Shown: positions 26,587 through 35,236 of the stretch, one piece after another
Numbering within the stretch: the first letter of the stretch is position 1
Layout of the letters: the number at the start of each line of letters is the position of its first letter
Virus record (IMG/VR): IMGVR_UViG_3300029305_011606
DNA from: an uncultured virus (IMG/VR IMGVR_UViG_3300029305_011606)
Taxonomy: Duplodnaviria > Heunggongvirae > Uroviricota > Caudoviricetes
Direction: 5' to 3' (one strand)
DNA length: 35,236 nt
Made by a program: the position numbers and the translations under genes
Notes under the pieces: model-generated
The model's database searches: none
What the model saw: only the letters and a program-made list of their open reading frames with translations
Told to the model about the DNA's origin: nothing

Positions 26587-27405
26587 ATGGATTTCAGCAT
26601 CATCAAATATCCCCGCACGCCCCATATCGAGGGTTCGCGTCTGCAACCGGGGGACGAGGATCTTTCTCAGATCCCATTTGAGAATATTGCAGGCAAATAT
26701 CTGGTTATCGAGGAGAAGATCGACGGTGCGAATTCCGCTGTTTCCTTCGACGATCAGGGGAATCTGCTTTTGCAGAGCAGAGGCCACTATCTGCATGGCG
26801 GTTATCGCGAGAAGCATTATAACCTGCTTAAACAGTGGGCCGGCGTCCATCGGGACGCGCTGTGGAGCGTACTTGGATGCCGCTACATCATGTATGGCGA
26901 GTGGATGTACGCCAAGCATACGATCTATTATGATTGCCTGCCGCACTACTTTATGGAGTTCGATGTGTTGGATCGGGAGACGGATCGTTTCCTGGATACG
27001 CCTTCCCGTCATGCGCTGCTGGCAGAGCTTCCTGTGGCTCATGTGCCTATCCTGAAGACAGGTGTTTTGAAGAACAAAGAAGAACTGCTGGGGCTGCTTG
27101 GCCCCTCCCTCTACATTTCAGATACGCATATCGAACATTTGCGCGAGACCGCCCGCCGCGAAAAGCAGGACGAGGAGCGCATCTGCCGGGAAACGGATGC
27201 CAGCACCACGATGGAGGGACTCTACATCAAGGTCGAGGAAAACGGCGAGGTGACGGAGCGCGTGAAGTTTGTGCGCCAGAGCTTTTTGCAGACTGTGGAA
27301 CAGTCCAACTCACACTGGCTGGAGCGCCCCATCATCCCCAATGGTATCATTTGTTCCGTGGCTGATCTGTTCGCTCCCACCTTATGCACCAAGGATGGTG
27401 AGTGA
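26587..27405 (+). CDS. ATP-dependent RNA ligase family protein
   Basis: KYPRTPH, motif I EKIDGAN, GEW, FMEFDV, motif IV EGLYIK and motif V RVKFVR. Confidence 0.9.
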   Translation: MDFSIIKYPRTPHIEGSRLQPGDEDLSQIPFENIAGKYLVIEEKIDGANSAVSFDDQGNLLLQSRGHYLHGGYREKHYNLLKQWAGVHRDALWSVLGCRYIMYGEWMYAKHTIYYDCLPHYFMEFDVLDRETDRFLDTPSRHALLAELPVAHVPILKTGVLKNKEELLGLLGPSLYISDTHIEHLRETARREKQDEERICRETDASTTMEGLYIKVEENGEVTERVKFVRQSFLQTVEQSNSHWLERPIIPNGIICSVADLFAPTLCTKDGE

Positions 27406-28577
27406 GCATGCCGAAGCTGGAAACCTTACTGAATACCTGTCCACATGCGCCTGATTTCGTCTGGAATTGGTCGAGACTAATGAATACGCCTGTCGGAAAC
27501 TTGCTGTCCAGGATGGATGAAATTCAGCAGAATCCTGTATGGCATGGAGAAGGCAATGTTGGCCAGCATATAAGGCTGGTATGTGAGACACTGGCGGCTG
27601 ATCCTGCGTTTCGTGCGCTGTCTGTGCGTAGTCAGCAAGAGCTATCCGTGGCGGCGCTGCTGCATGATATCGGGAAGATACCCAACACGAAGCTGGAGGA
27701 TGGTCAATGGGTCTCACCCAATCACAGCACGACCGGCGCACGGATGGCACGCGAGCTACTGTGGAAAGAGTTCGACCTGTGTGGGACGCCGGAGCACCAG
27801 TCTTTCCGGGAAACGGTGTGCCTGCTGATCCGCAATCACATGTTGCCCGGACATATTCTGGATCAGGCCGATCCTGAAAAGCGCCTGCTTCGTATGGCTG
27901 CGGATAAGGAGCTGTGTCATGACTTCTCTATTGAGCAGCTTTGCATATTAGCGCGGGCAGACGTTCAAGGGCGAATCGCCCCGGATACGGCGGAACTGCT
28001 TGAAAAGGTGGAACTGTGCCGTCAGGAGGCGGAAGCTGCAGGCTGTCTGTATGAGCCGGGAAGTTTTGCGGATGCCTATACCCAGAGAGCGTACTTCCAA
28101 GGCCGCAAGGTATGGCGGGAGCAGCATCTCTACAACGACGGCTGGGGTGAGGTGATCTTGCTTTCGGGGCTTCCTGGAACGGGCAAAGACACATGGATCA
28201 GGGAACACGCTTCTCATTTGCCGGTGGTCAGCCTGGACGAGCTTCGCAAGATCATGGACGTATCGCCTACTGACGAGCAGGGGCGAGTTGCGCAGGTTGC
28301 AAAAGAGCAGGCTCGGAAGTATCTGCGCGCCAAGCAATCGTTCATCTGGAATGCCACAAATCTGACTGAACAAATGCGCAGCAAGCTCATCAGTCTGTTT
28401 GAGGATTATGGCGCAGCGGTGCGCATCGTATATCTGGAAACGGGCTGGGAGGAGAATCTGCGCCGCAATGCAGAGCGTGCGGAAGCGGTACCTGAACATG
28501 TGGTAAAGGATATGCTGGGTAAGCTGGTTCCGCCACAGCGGTGGGAAGCACAGCATGTAGAATGGCACTGCGTATAA
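27402..28577 (+). CDS. HD phosphohydrolase fused to a P-loop (polynucleotide kinase-like) domain
   Basis: HD domain: WHGEG.V..H, LLHDIGK, RAD. Kinase: LSGLPGTGKDT, SLDELR, WNATN. GTGA overlap with the ligase stop. Confidence 0.9.
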   Translation: MSMPKLETLLNTCPHAPDFVWNWSRLMNTPVGNLLSRMDEIQQNPVWHGEGNVGQHIRLVCETLAADPAFRALSVRSQQELSVAALLHDIGKIPNTKLEDGQWVSPNHSTTGARMARELLWKEFDLCGTPEHQSFRETVCLLIRNHMLPGHILDQADPEKRLLRMAADKELCHDFSIEQLCILARADVQGRIAPDTAELLEKVELCRQEAEAAGCLYEPGSFADAYTQRAYFQGRKVWREQHLYNDGWGEVILLSGLPGTGKDTWIREHASHLPVVSLDELRKIMDVSPTDEQGRVAQVAKEQARKYLRAKQSFIWNATNLTEQMRSKLISLFEDYGAAVRIVYLETGWEENLRRNAERAEAVPEHVVKDMLGKLVPPQRWEAQHVEWHCV

Positions 28578-28598
28578 GTGACAAGAGGTGATTTACGC

Positions 28599-29684
28599 AT
28601 GAAGAATTTGGACAAGTACAGAGGCTGCCTGATCGGCGGTGCCGTGGGCGATGCTCTGGGCTACGCTGTAGAGTTTTTGCGCTGGCGAGACATTCAGAAA
28701 AGATATGGAGCGAATGGTATTCAGGCATATGATCTGGATGTTGAAGAGGGCGGGGCCATCATATCGGACGATACCCAGATGACGCTCTATACGGCGGTCG
28801 GAATGATGGTTGCAGATGTACAGGGTAAAAGAGAACAGATGGTGGACTACATTTACAGAGCCTATCTGGATTGGTACTACTGTCAGCGGAATCCCATGAG
28901 CATGCCGCCCCACAATATTTCCTGGATTTCAGAGCTTTTTGAAATGCACGAACGGCGAGCACCGGGAAATACCTGCATGAGCGCGCTGTGTTCCGGAGAG
29001 AAGGGAACCCTGGAGAATCCTATCAACAACAGTAAAGGCTGCGGCGGCGTGATGCGTGTCGCACCCATTGGGTTGTATTTCGATTATCAGGATGGAACGG
29101 CTTCCCGAATCGGCGCGGAAGCGGCAGCTCTGACGCACGGTCACGAACTGGGATATATCCCTGCGGCTGCTCTTGCCTATCTGATTTCGCTCGTTTTACG
29201 CGATGAGCATATTACTTTGCGAAACGCTGTGCTGATGATGCGCAGGTCTTGGCAGATCGATAGCCTGTTCAAAACCGATGAATACCGGCAGTCCTTTAAT
29301 CGGTTGATAGATGCAGCCCTTGGACTTTCATTGACCGCTGAAGATGATGTTGCGGCGATCGGCCAGCTTGGCGAAGGTTGGGTCGGTGATGAGGCGCTGG
29401 CGATTGCGCTGTATTGTGCCTTGAAATATGAAAATGACTTTGAAAAGGCCATTATCGCATCCGTCAACCACAGCGGTGACAGTGATTCTACCGGCGCGAT
29501 CACTGGTAATATCCTTGGCGCGTATCTGGGGTTGGAGCGTATCCCGAAGAGATTTCTTGAGCATCTGGAACTCAGAAACATCATTTTGGAAGTGGCAGAC
29601 GATCTCTGCCGGGTTCAGGATAACGCGTATACAGTCGACTCAGATCCTATGATGGATGAGAAATATATGAACCATCTATCCTAA
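28599..29684 (+). CDS. ADP-ribosylglycohydrolase (ARH/DraG family)
   Basis: GCLIGGAVGDALG..VEF, SDDTQM, RAPGNTC, SKGCGGVMRVAP and GDSDSTGAITG. GAGGTG RBS. Confidence 0.95.
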   Translation: MKNLDKYRGCLIGGAVGDALGYAVEFLRWRDIQKRYGANGIQAYDLDVEEGGAIISDDTQMTLYTAVGMMVADVQGKREQMVDYIYRAYLDWYYCQRNPMSMPPHNISWISELFEMHERRAPGNTCMSALCSGEKGTLENPINNSKGCGGVMRVAPIGLYFDYQDGTASRIGAEAAALTHGHELGYIPAAALAYLISLVLRDEHITLRNAVLMMRRSWQIDSLFKTDEYRQSFNRLIDAALGLSLTAEDDVAAIGQLGEGWVGDEALAIALYCALKYENDFEKAIIASVNHSGDSDSTGAITGNILGAYLGLERIPKRFLEHLELRNIILEVADDLCRVQDNAYTVDSDPMMDEKYMNHLS

Positions 29685-29720
29685 AACAAATGACATTCAT
29701 ACGAAAGGCGGTATCTGAAA

Positions 29721-30773
29721 ATGAAGAAGTGGTTTGCGATGTTCCTGGTTTCCCTGATGCTCATGACCTGCTGCGGAAGTACGATTGCCGTGGCTGCGGA
29801 GGAGGTACCTGAAAATTTCACCTTTGAAATGTTCTATTCGGATGTAGGGCTGCCCTATGAAGGTGAGTGGGCTTGCTTTGATGAGGCTCTTTACGTCTAT
29901 CTTCCCACGGAACTCACAGAGGAAGCAGTCACTGAAGAAATGCAGGCTGCTGGAATGCTTGCCAATTATTCTTCTACCGACGAACAGGGCATTACGCTCC
30001 AAATCCAGATTGCTAAACAGGGCAAGAAGGATTCCATTGCAGCGATCCAGGCGGAATACGAGGCTTTCTGTGATCAGACCGTCTATATCACGCTCAATGA
30101 CATTCCTGTTGTAGCTGCATATAGCGGAAGTGAGCTCTACGCAGAGGCATTGATGGAAAACGGAGAAACCTATCTTATGAAGGTGGGTTTTGCCAACGAT
30201 CTTGAGGATATGGACATCGACAACGAACAGGGCATGTATGTGTATGGGATGCTCTATTCTATCTCGGCAATGCCGCTGGAAATTGACGAAGAAAAGATTG
30301 GCATTGGAGCCTATCGTATGGAACAGGAGGAAGAAGCAATGCGAGAAGAAGTACCTGTTCGCTTGAGCAGCGAAATCAAAATTCAGTTTGAGTATAAAGA
30401 TGGCAGAGCGGAAGATCTTGACCAGATCAATCAAATGCTTGCTACAATGAAACTGACGGATCTTGATGTGGATGATCTCTCGGTTTACCTTTGTGAAACG
30501 CAGCACTTCGATCAGGAAGTTGTGGTAGGCACTACCTACCGCTGTGGACTCAGCAGTGGTGTCCTGGTATGCAAGGAGGCTGATTTTGAAAAGACCTATC
30601 GCTATCAGATTGCAACAGAAGTCTTCGAGGGTACTGATGCTATGGAAGACGGAACGTTTGCGGATTACTGGCGTGCGAATTATCCCGGACGTAAGCTCAG
30701 CACGGTTGCTACCTATGGATTTGATACGCATACGGCGGTCGTCGTGGTGTACTTTGAGGAGATCGTCGAATAA
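29721..30773 (+). CDS. Acidic exported protein of unknown function
   Basis: Signal-peptide-like N-terminus MKKWFAMFLVSLMLMTCCGSTIAVAA. Mature region very rich in Glu/Asp. Confidence 0.75.
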   Translation: MKKWFAMFLVSLMLMTCCGSTIAVAAEEVPENFTFEMFYSDVGLPYEGEWACFDEALYVYLPTELTEEAVTEEMQAAGMLANYSSTDEQGITLQIQIAKQGKKDSIAAIQAEYEAFCDQTVYITLNDIPVVAAYSGSELYAEALMENGETYLMKVGFANDLEDMDIDNEQGMYVYGMLYSISAMPLEIDEEKIGIGAYRMEQEEEAMREEVPVRLSSEIKIQFEYKDGRAEDLDQINQMLATMKLTDLDVDDLSVYLCETQHFDQEVVVGTTYRCGLSSGVLVCKEADFEKTYRYQIATEVFEGTDAMEDGTFADYWRANYPGRKLSTVATYGFDTHTAVVVVYFEEIVE

Positions 30774-30813
30774 AGCCTGGTTATTTCGTCGAGATAATGG
30801 AGCGGGGTGAAGC

Positions 30814-31938
30814 GTGATGCAGGAAACATTGCAGCAGTATCGTGAGCGAACAGGATTTATGTGGGACAGTCTTGCGCAATACGGTGGCTTGCGTACCAGC
30901 GGCGGATTAGCGATGAAGGTTGATCCGGATGGCCGCTTCAAACCGTTCTACGGCGATACGGTCATTTTCTCGCTTCCCCAGCCCATGATCCATTGGCTGG
31001 AAGGAATCCAAGACGAGCTGTACACGGCATGCGGAGAATGCTTGGCTGAGCGTATCGCCCCAGAGACCTTCCATGTCACGCTTCACGATCTGCTCAGCCA
31101 AGCGGAAAGTATGCCGGATGGCGTTGCTCGAAATCAGCAGGAAGCAATGCTGGCCATCGAGGAGGCGCGTGGACTGTGTACTCGTTCCATTGCAATCCGC
31201 AGCAATTGCATGTTCAGCATGGTCGGTACAAGCATTGTCATGGGCTTTGAGCCCGCAACGGAATATGACTGTGCCATGCTGATGACCATGTATGAACGCT
31301 TCCAGCAGATCGTATCTCTTTCCTATCCGCTGACACTGCATGTGACGCTGGCTTATTACAAGCCCGGCGAGTACGATGATAATATGTTGTTCAGGCTGAG
31401 AGAAGCCTTGCAGCACATCGGACGGGAACGACGTGAATGGCTGCTGGACATGCAGGAACTCCTTTACGCTACCTTTGAAAGCATGGCGAAGTATCATCTT
31501 ATCACCAACGACGATCCCTGGAAGCTCTCTCGTTTCGTTCAGGCTCAGGCGACGCAGTATGCCTGCGCACTGCATGAAATTCAGAACGGACGCAAGCAGA
31601 GCCATTGGATGTGGTATATCTTTCCTCAACTGCGCGGCTTGGGCCATAGCGGTATGGCATATACCTATGGGATTGAGAATCTTGAGGAGGCCCGCGCCTA
31701 TCTGTCGCATCCTGTTCTGGGGCAGCGGTTGATTGAGATCACGAGGGCGCTTCTATCTCTCAATGAGAATGATCCCGGCAAGGTCATGGGCTATCCCGAT
31801 AACCTGAAGCTTCGTTCCTGCATGACGCTGTTTGCCCAGATCGAAGGAGAAGATCCTGTGTTTGAGGCTGTTATCGACAAGTATTACGGAGGGAAACAGG
31901 ATGAACGCACACTCGTCCTGCTCGGTAAAGGGATGTAG
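30814..31938 (+). CDS. 2H phosphoesterase fused to DUF1810
   Basis: Two HxT motifs (FHVTLHD, LHVTLAY). The C-terminus LSRFVQAQ...EI..GRKQSHWMWYIFPQL.GLG.S...YGI...D.LKL.SCMTLF matches DUF1810. Confidence 0.85.
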   Translation: MMQETLQQYRERTGFMWDSLAQYGGLRTSGGLAMKVDPDGRFKPFYGDTVIFSLPQPMIHWLEGIQDELYTACGECLAERIAPETFHVTLHDLLSQAESMPDGVARNQQEAMLAIEEARGLCTRSIAIRSNCMFSMVGTSIVMGFEPATEYDCAMLMTMYERFQQIVSLSYPLTLHVTLAYYKPGEYDDNMLFRLREALQHIGRERREWLLDMQELLYATFESMAKYHLITNDDPWKLSRFVQAQATQYACALHEIQNGRKQSHWMWYIFPQLRGLGHSGMAYTYGIENLEEARAYLSHPVLGQRLIEITRALLSLNENDPGKVMGYPDNLKLRSCMTLFAQIEGEDPVFEAVIDKYYGGKQDERTLVLLGKGM

Positions 31939-31954
31939 TTAGTGAGGTGAGAAT

Positions 31955-32425
31955 GTGTATCGAGTTTTATTCGTCTGTCATGGCAACATCTGTCGAAGCC
32001 CTATGGCTGAAGCTATCTTCAAGCACTTGCTTGAGCAACGTGGGCTGAGCGATCAGTTTCAGGTGGATTCGGCAGCGGTTTCGGAAGAAGAAGTAGGCTC
32101 TCCTGTGGACTTTGGAGCCAATGCAGAGCTCGAAAAGCGAGGGCTCCCCAAGAGTGAACACATCGCCTGGCATCTGGCACGAGAGGACTATGATCGTTTC
32201 GATTACATCCTGGGTATGGACATGGACAACTATTATCGCATGAAATACTTGTTCGGTGGCGATCCACAGAAGAAGGTCGGACTTCTGATGGGATACACAG
32301 ATCGCCCCAGAGAGATCGAAGATCCGTGGATGAGCGGACGCTTTGCACATGCCTATGATGAAATTGAGGAGGGCTGTAAGGCGTTCCTCGCAGAACTGAC
32401 TCGGGATCGTGGGGTCGGAACTTGA
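31955..32425 (+). CDS. Low-molecular-weight protein-tyrosine phosphatase
   Basis: VLFVCHGNICRSPMAE, VDSA, FDYILGMD and IEDPW. Confidence 0.95.
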   Translation: MYRVLFVCHGNICRSPMAEAIFKHLLEQRGLSDQFQVDSAAVSEEEVGSPVDFGANAELEKRGLPKSEHIAWHLAREDYDRFDYILGMDMDNYYRMKYLFGGDPQKKVGLLMGYTDRPREIEDPWMSGRFAHAYDEIEEGCKAFLAELTRDRGVGT

Positions 32426-32473
32426 TGTTCAGAGAATCCCATGCTGTCCCGTGAAAAGAGGTGCTTCCCATTC

Positions 32474-32974
32474 ATGTACAGAATTGAAATCTGTCCACTG
32501 AAAAGGCTATACCAAATTGATAAAGAACTCGATAAGAGTCGTGCTGCTGTTCTTGCCGTTTCGTCATACGCCATCAAGACAGAACTGCTGTCGGGCTTCG
32601 TGAGCCTTCTGACAATGCAATTCGCAGACACGACTGTAGAAAGATCAGCAGATGCCTTTGACCTTCAAAAGGCAAAGCAGATCAAAGCATTTGTGGATGC
32701 GCTTCCGAATCAGGTGGATACGCTGTTTGTATGCTGCGACAGCGGTGAATCACGCAGTACGGCAATGGCAGCCGCAATCCTGCGGTATCTGAAGCTGGAT
32801 GAATGGGTGATCTGGAAAAATTCCCATTATCATCCCAATCCGTTGGTATATAGTCGCCTTTGCGCCGCCTTTGGTATCCGTGTGTGGAAGTATGGATTGC
32901 GTCGCAGAGTGAAATGCAGTGAGAATGCGTTCAGAAACGCGATCAAGGCAAACGAGCGGAAAGCGCGTCGATAA
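32474..32974 (+). CDS. Cys-dependent (PTP/DSP-like) phosphatase
   Basis: Cx5R loop VCCDSGESRSTA, F.D, and PN..VY. GAGGTG RBS. Confidence 0.78.
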   Translation: MYRIEICPLKRLYQIDKELDKSRAAVLAVSSYAIKTELLSGFVSLLTMQFADTTVERSADAFDLQKAKQIKAFVDALPNQVDTLFVCCDSGESRSTAMAAAILRYLKLDEWVIWKNSHYHPNPLVYSRLCAAFGIRVWKYGLRRRVKCSENAFRNAIKANERKARR

Positions 32975-32993
32975 ACTACGAGGAGTGATATGC

Positions 32994-34115
32994 ATGAAGA
33001 GTACAACAGAGATCATCGACGATGGTCGTCGCTATGAAGCAGCAGGAGAACTGGATAAGGCCTATGAAGCATATTGCTTGGCAGCAGAAGCTGGAGATGC
33101 CGAAGGCATGTTTGCCGTGGGTAACCTGTACTTCCACAAAAAGTATAAGGGTATTCCTAAGCTGCAATCCGTCATGTTTCCGTGGCAAAAGCAGGAATAC
33201 ATCCCAGACCTAAAGACTGCCTTCTCGTGGTTCCTGAAGGCAGCGGAAGCCGGCAGCGTGAACGGAATGAGTAATACCGGCGTTATGCTCTATCAAGGCA
33301 TGGGCTGTCAGAAGAATGATGAAGCATCCAGAGGCTGGCTGCGAAAAGCGGCAGAAGCCGGGCATCCTTTCGCAAGAAAGGCGCTGAAGGACTTCTTTGG
33401 CGAACAGCTTCAGGACGATCTTTCCGATGCAGATTACGATAAGCTGCTTGATGCGTTTTGCGCGCTTGTTGATCAGGGTGATATGGAAAAGGCATCGAAA
33501 TGCTATATGATTCTGATGAACGGTACGGACGACCAGCTGTGCCGTCTGGGACTGCAGCTTGCCGTGGGACAGTATAACAAGAGCCTAGCATACCGGGAAT
33601 TTCCCTATCCTTCCAAGAAAAACGGACGTTCCTGTGCGCCGGTATCGTTCATGCGAGTGGGATGGGAATCGTGGCTGGTGGTAAACCTTGCTGCGTTCCC
33701 CAACGGAACGGCAACGCTTGGTTTCGCATCCGATATCTCACAGGGACTGTATCCCATTGCCGGCGTGCAATATGGCAAAAGCGCCACATATCACGCTACA
33801 GAATTCGGCTGGCTGGGCGGCAAGCGGGAAGCACATCTTCTGCATGTCGGACCGTGGAAGGCTGATGAGATTGATGGCAATCTGCAAAAAATGATTTGGC
33901 GCGAAAGCGACCTCGAAAAATACCAGCAGATCGTCCAAAGAATTGATCTGCAACCCAATGAGGCGCTTTTTGCCGAAAATGGTGAAAAAGAGTTTTCGGT
34001 AGAGATTACATGGGTAGAAAACAACACCGCACAGGTGCTCTGCCGCTATACGATTGGTGCCCCTGATCAGGGAAAAGATCATCTCGCACAGGTTTCAGAT
34101 TTCTGTTTACTATAA
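32994..34115 (+). CDS. SEL1-like repeat protein
   Basis: AAEAGDAEGMFAVGNLY, AFSWFLKAAEAG...GVMLYQGMG and WLRKAAEAGH. GAGGAG RBS. Confidence 0.88.
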   Translation: MKSTTEIIDDGRRYEAAGELDKAYEAYCLAAEAGDAEGMFAVGNLYFHKKYKGIPKLQSVMFPWQKQEYIPDLKTAFSWFLKAAEAGSVNGMSNTGVMLYQGMGCQKNDEASRGWLRKAAEAGHPFARKALKDFFGEQLQDDLSDADYDKLLDAFCALVDQGDMEKASKCYMILMNGTDDQLCRLGLQLAVGQYNKSLAYREFPYPSKKNGRSCAPVSFMRVGWESWLVVNLAAFPNGTATLGFASDISQGLYPIAGVQYGKSATYHATEFGWLGGKREAHLLHVGPWKADEIDGNLQKMIWRESDLEKYQQIVQRIDLQPNEALFAENGEKEFSVEITWVENNTAQVLCRYTIGAPDQGKDHLAQVSDFCLL

Positions 34116-34131
34116 AAGCATGTGCTTTTAT
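34112..34131. repeat. 9-bp inverted repeat with a 2-nt spacer
   Basis: ATAAAAGCA-tg-TGCTTTTAT, overlapping the stop codon of the SEL1 gene. Confidence 0.5.
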
Positions 34132-34159
34132 CTGCTGAAATTGAGGAAGGAAGCTCCAA

Positions 34160-35236
34160 ATGAAAAAAATCTGTATGCTGCTCTTACTTGTTGCGTTGAT
34201 GATGACCGACATCTGTTTCGCACAGGCTGAAGTCTCTTCTTACGACAAAGGAAGAGAGGCATTCAATGCGGGAAAATACACCGAGGCCGCACTCTGGTTT
34301 GAAAAATACGTGGAAGAACAGGAAAGTCAGCATGCGTTGTTCTACCTCTATCGGATTTACAGCGATCCAGCATTCCCTGACGCAGATGAAGATAAAGCAA
34401 ATGAGTGGCTTCAACGGGCAGCAAAAGCAAAACATCCGGAAGCTATGGAAATCCTAGGCATGCCGCCATTGTGGAAATTCCAATCTGCCCATTATGATGA
34501 ATTGTCTATGGATGAGATTCCTGAAGGAGAACTGACGGAAGAATTGTTGGATGACATTGAAGAGAAACAGGAGAATCAACTTTTTGAAGAACTCCTGCCG
34601 TGGCTGATTGAAAAAGGCTACGTTCAGGATTTGCCGCGTTCTGCGTTTCTGAATTACGAGGGAACGCTTTGGATCGAGGATGTCGACTCATTTTATGATT
34701 TATCAGTTCAATATGACACATATGAGCTGGTTGAGAACCCTGACACATTCGATACAAGTAAGCTGCCGACATATTATGCACATCTTTCTCCGGAATGCAC
34801 GCCAGAAGCGTCCCAAAACTGCAACTATTTTGCCATGTATTTCTGGTCTGTCGATATGCTATTCAAGCCATGCCCTAAATGCTTTCCCGAGGGGTGGGCG
34901 TATGACTATCTCTTTTCCTTTGCCTTTGATGGCATGAATAGAATGCGGGTCAGTTCATGGACTAAAGCCGTACCGGGAAAGTATGATCAGCCAAGGTCTA
35001 TCGTGGCCTATTATGACCATGAAACTGACGAGTGCCTTACTGTTGCCGTTCTGTATTATAAGCAGGGCTATATCATTGTCTATCAGAAGGAGGGCCTTGC
35101 GATAAAGGGCATCCTGGATCGCTGCGCATATTGTGATCGAGAAGATGAACATCGTGAAAGCTGGTCAGACTTGGGAGACGGCTTGTGGCATTGTAGGTGG
35201 TGCGGAACGATTACGAAAATACCGGAGGATCGGTGA
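34160..35236 (+). CDS. Exported protein with TPR/SEL1-like repeats and Cys-rich motifs
   Basis: Signal peptide MKKICMLLLLVALMMTDICFAQA, KANEWLQRAAKAKHPEA, H...C...PCPKC and CAYC...CRWC. The stop codon is the last three bases of the window. Confidence 0.78.
   Translation: MKKICMLLLLVALMMTDICFAQAEVSSYDKGREAFNAGKYTEAALWFEKYVEEQESQHALFYLYRIYSDPAFPDADEDKANEWLQRAAKAKHPEAMEILGMPPLWKFQSAHYDELSMDEIPEGELTEELLDDIEEKQENQLFEELLPWLIEKGYVQDLPRSAFLNYEGTLWIEDVDSFYDLSVQYDTYELVENPDTFDTSKLPTYYAHLSPECTPEASQNCNYFAMYFWSVDMLFKPCPKCFPEGWAYDYLFSFAFDGMNRMRVSSWTKAVPGKYDQPRSIVAYYDHETDECLTVAVLYYKQGYIIVYQKEGLAIKGILDRCAYCDREDEHRESWSDLGDGLWHCRWCGTITKIPEDR

Noticed and set aside
26540..27055. 171-aa alternative-frame + strand ORF
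   Set aside because: It overlaps the RNA ligase, which carries all its catalytic motifs in another frame.
29697..30941. 414-aa minus-strand ORF
   Set aside because: Antisense shadow of a + strand gene that has a signal peptide and fits the operon; it has no recognisable motifs.
1..35236. CRISPR array, rRNA, IS transposase or phage structural genes
   Set aside because: No regularly spaced repeats or matching motifs were seen.

Overview
The window is an accessory island, probably from a Clostridia-like Firmicute (inferred from strong AGGAGG/GAGGTG RBSs and gene content). Almost all genes are on the + strand, in three blocks. (1) 1-2444 is a recombination module: the 3' part of a large serine recombinase, an XRE regulator and a small serine resolvase. 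(2) 2776-15232 is a visibly AT-richer, tightly coupled 10-gene operon ending at an intrinsic terminator. It encodes a full-length bacterial dynamin, an apparently split dynamin (GTPase plus 2-TM protein), a Cys-tailed RiPP-like precursor, two radical SAM/SPASM enzymes, a ~1085-aa HerA/FtsK-like ATPase with a Ser/Thr-rich hairpin insert, and a zincin protease. It has no ABC exporter. This is the best candidate for an undescribed system. (3) 15392-35236 is an 'eraser/repair' arsenal with no cognate toxin or protein kinase in the window: 2 macrodomains, 3 NADAR domains, 2 ADP-ribosylglycohydrolases, a NadD-like domain, a small alarmone hydrolase, an RNA ligase, an HD-polynucleotide kinase, a methyltransferase, a 2H-DUF1810 fusion and several phosphatases. 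Two non-coding signals are invisible to the ORF track. One is a non-canonical tRNA(UAU) with encoded CCA at 21305-21381. The other is a repeated palindrome, TGTCGC-N7-GCGACC, lying exactly 20 nt upstream of a -10 box at two promoters. All calls come from reading motifs by eye; no searches were run.
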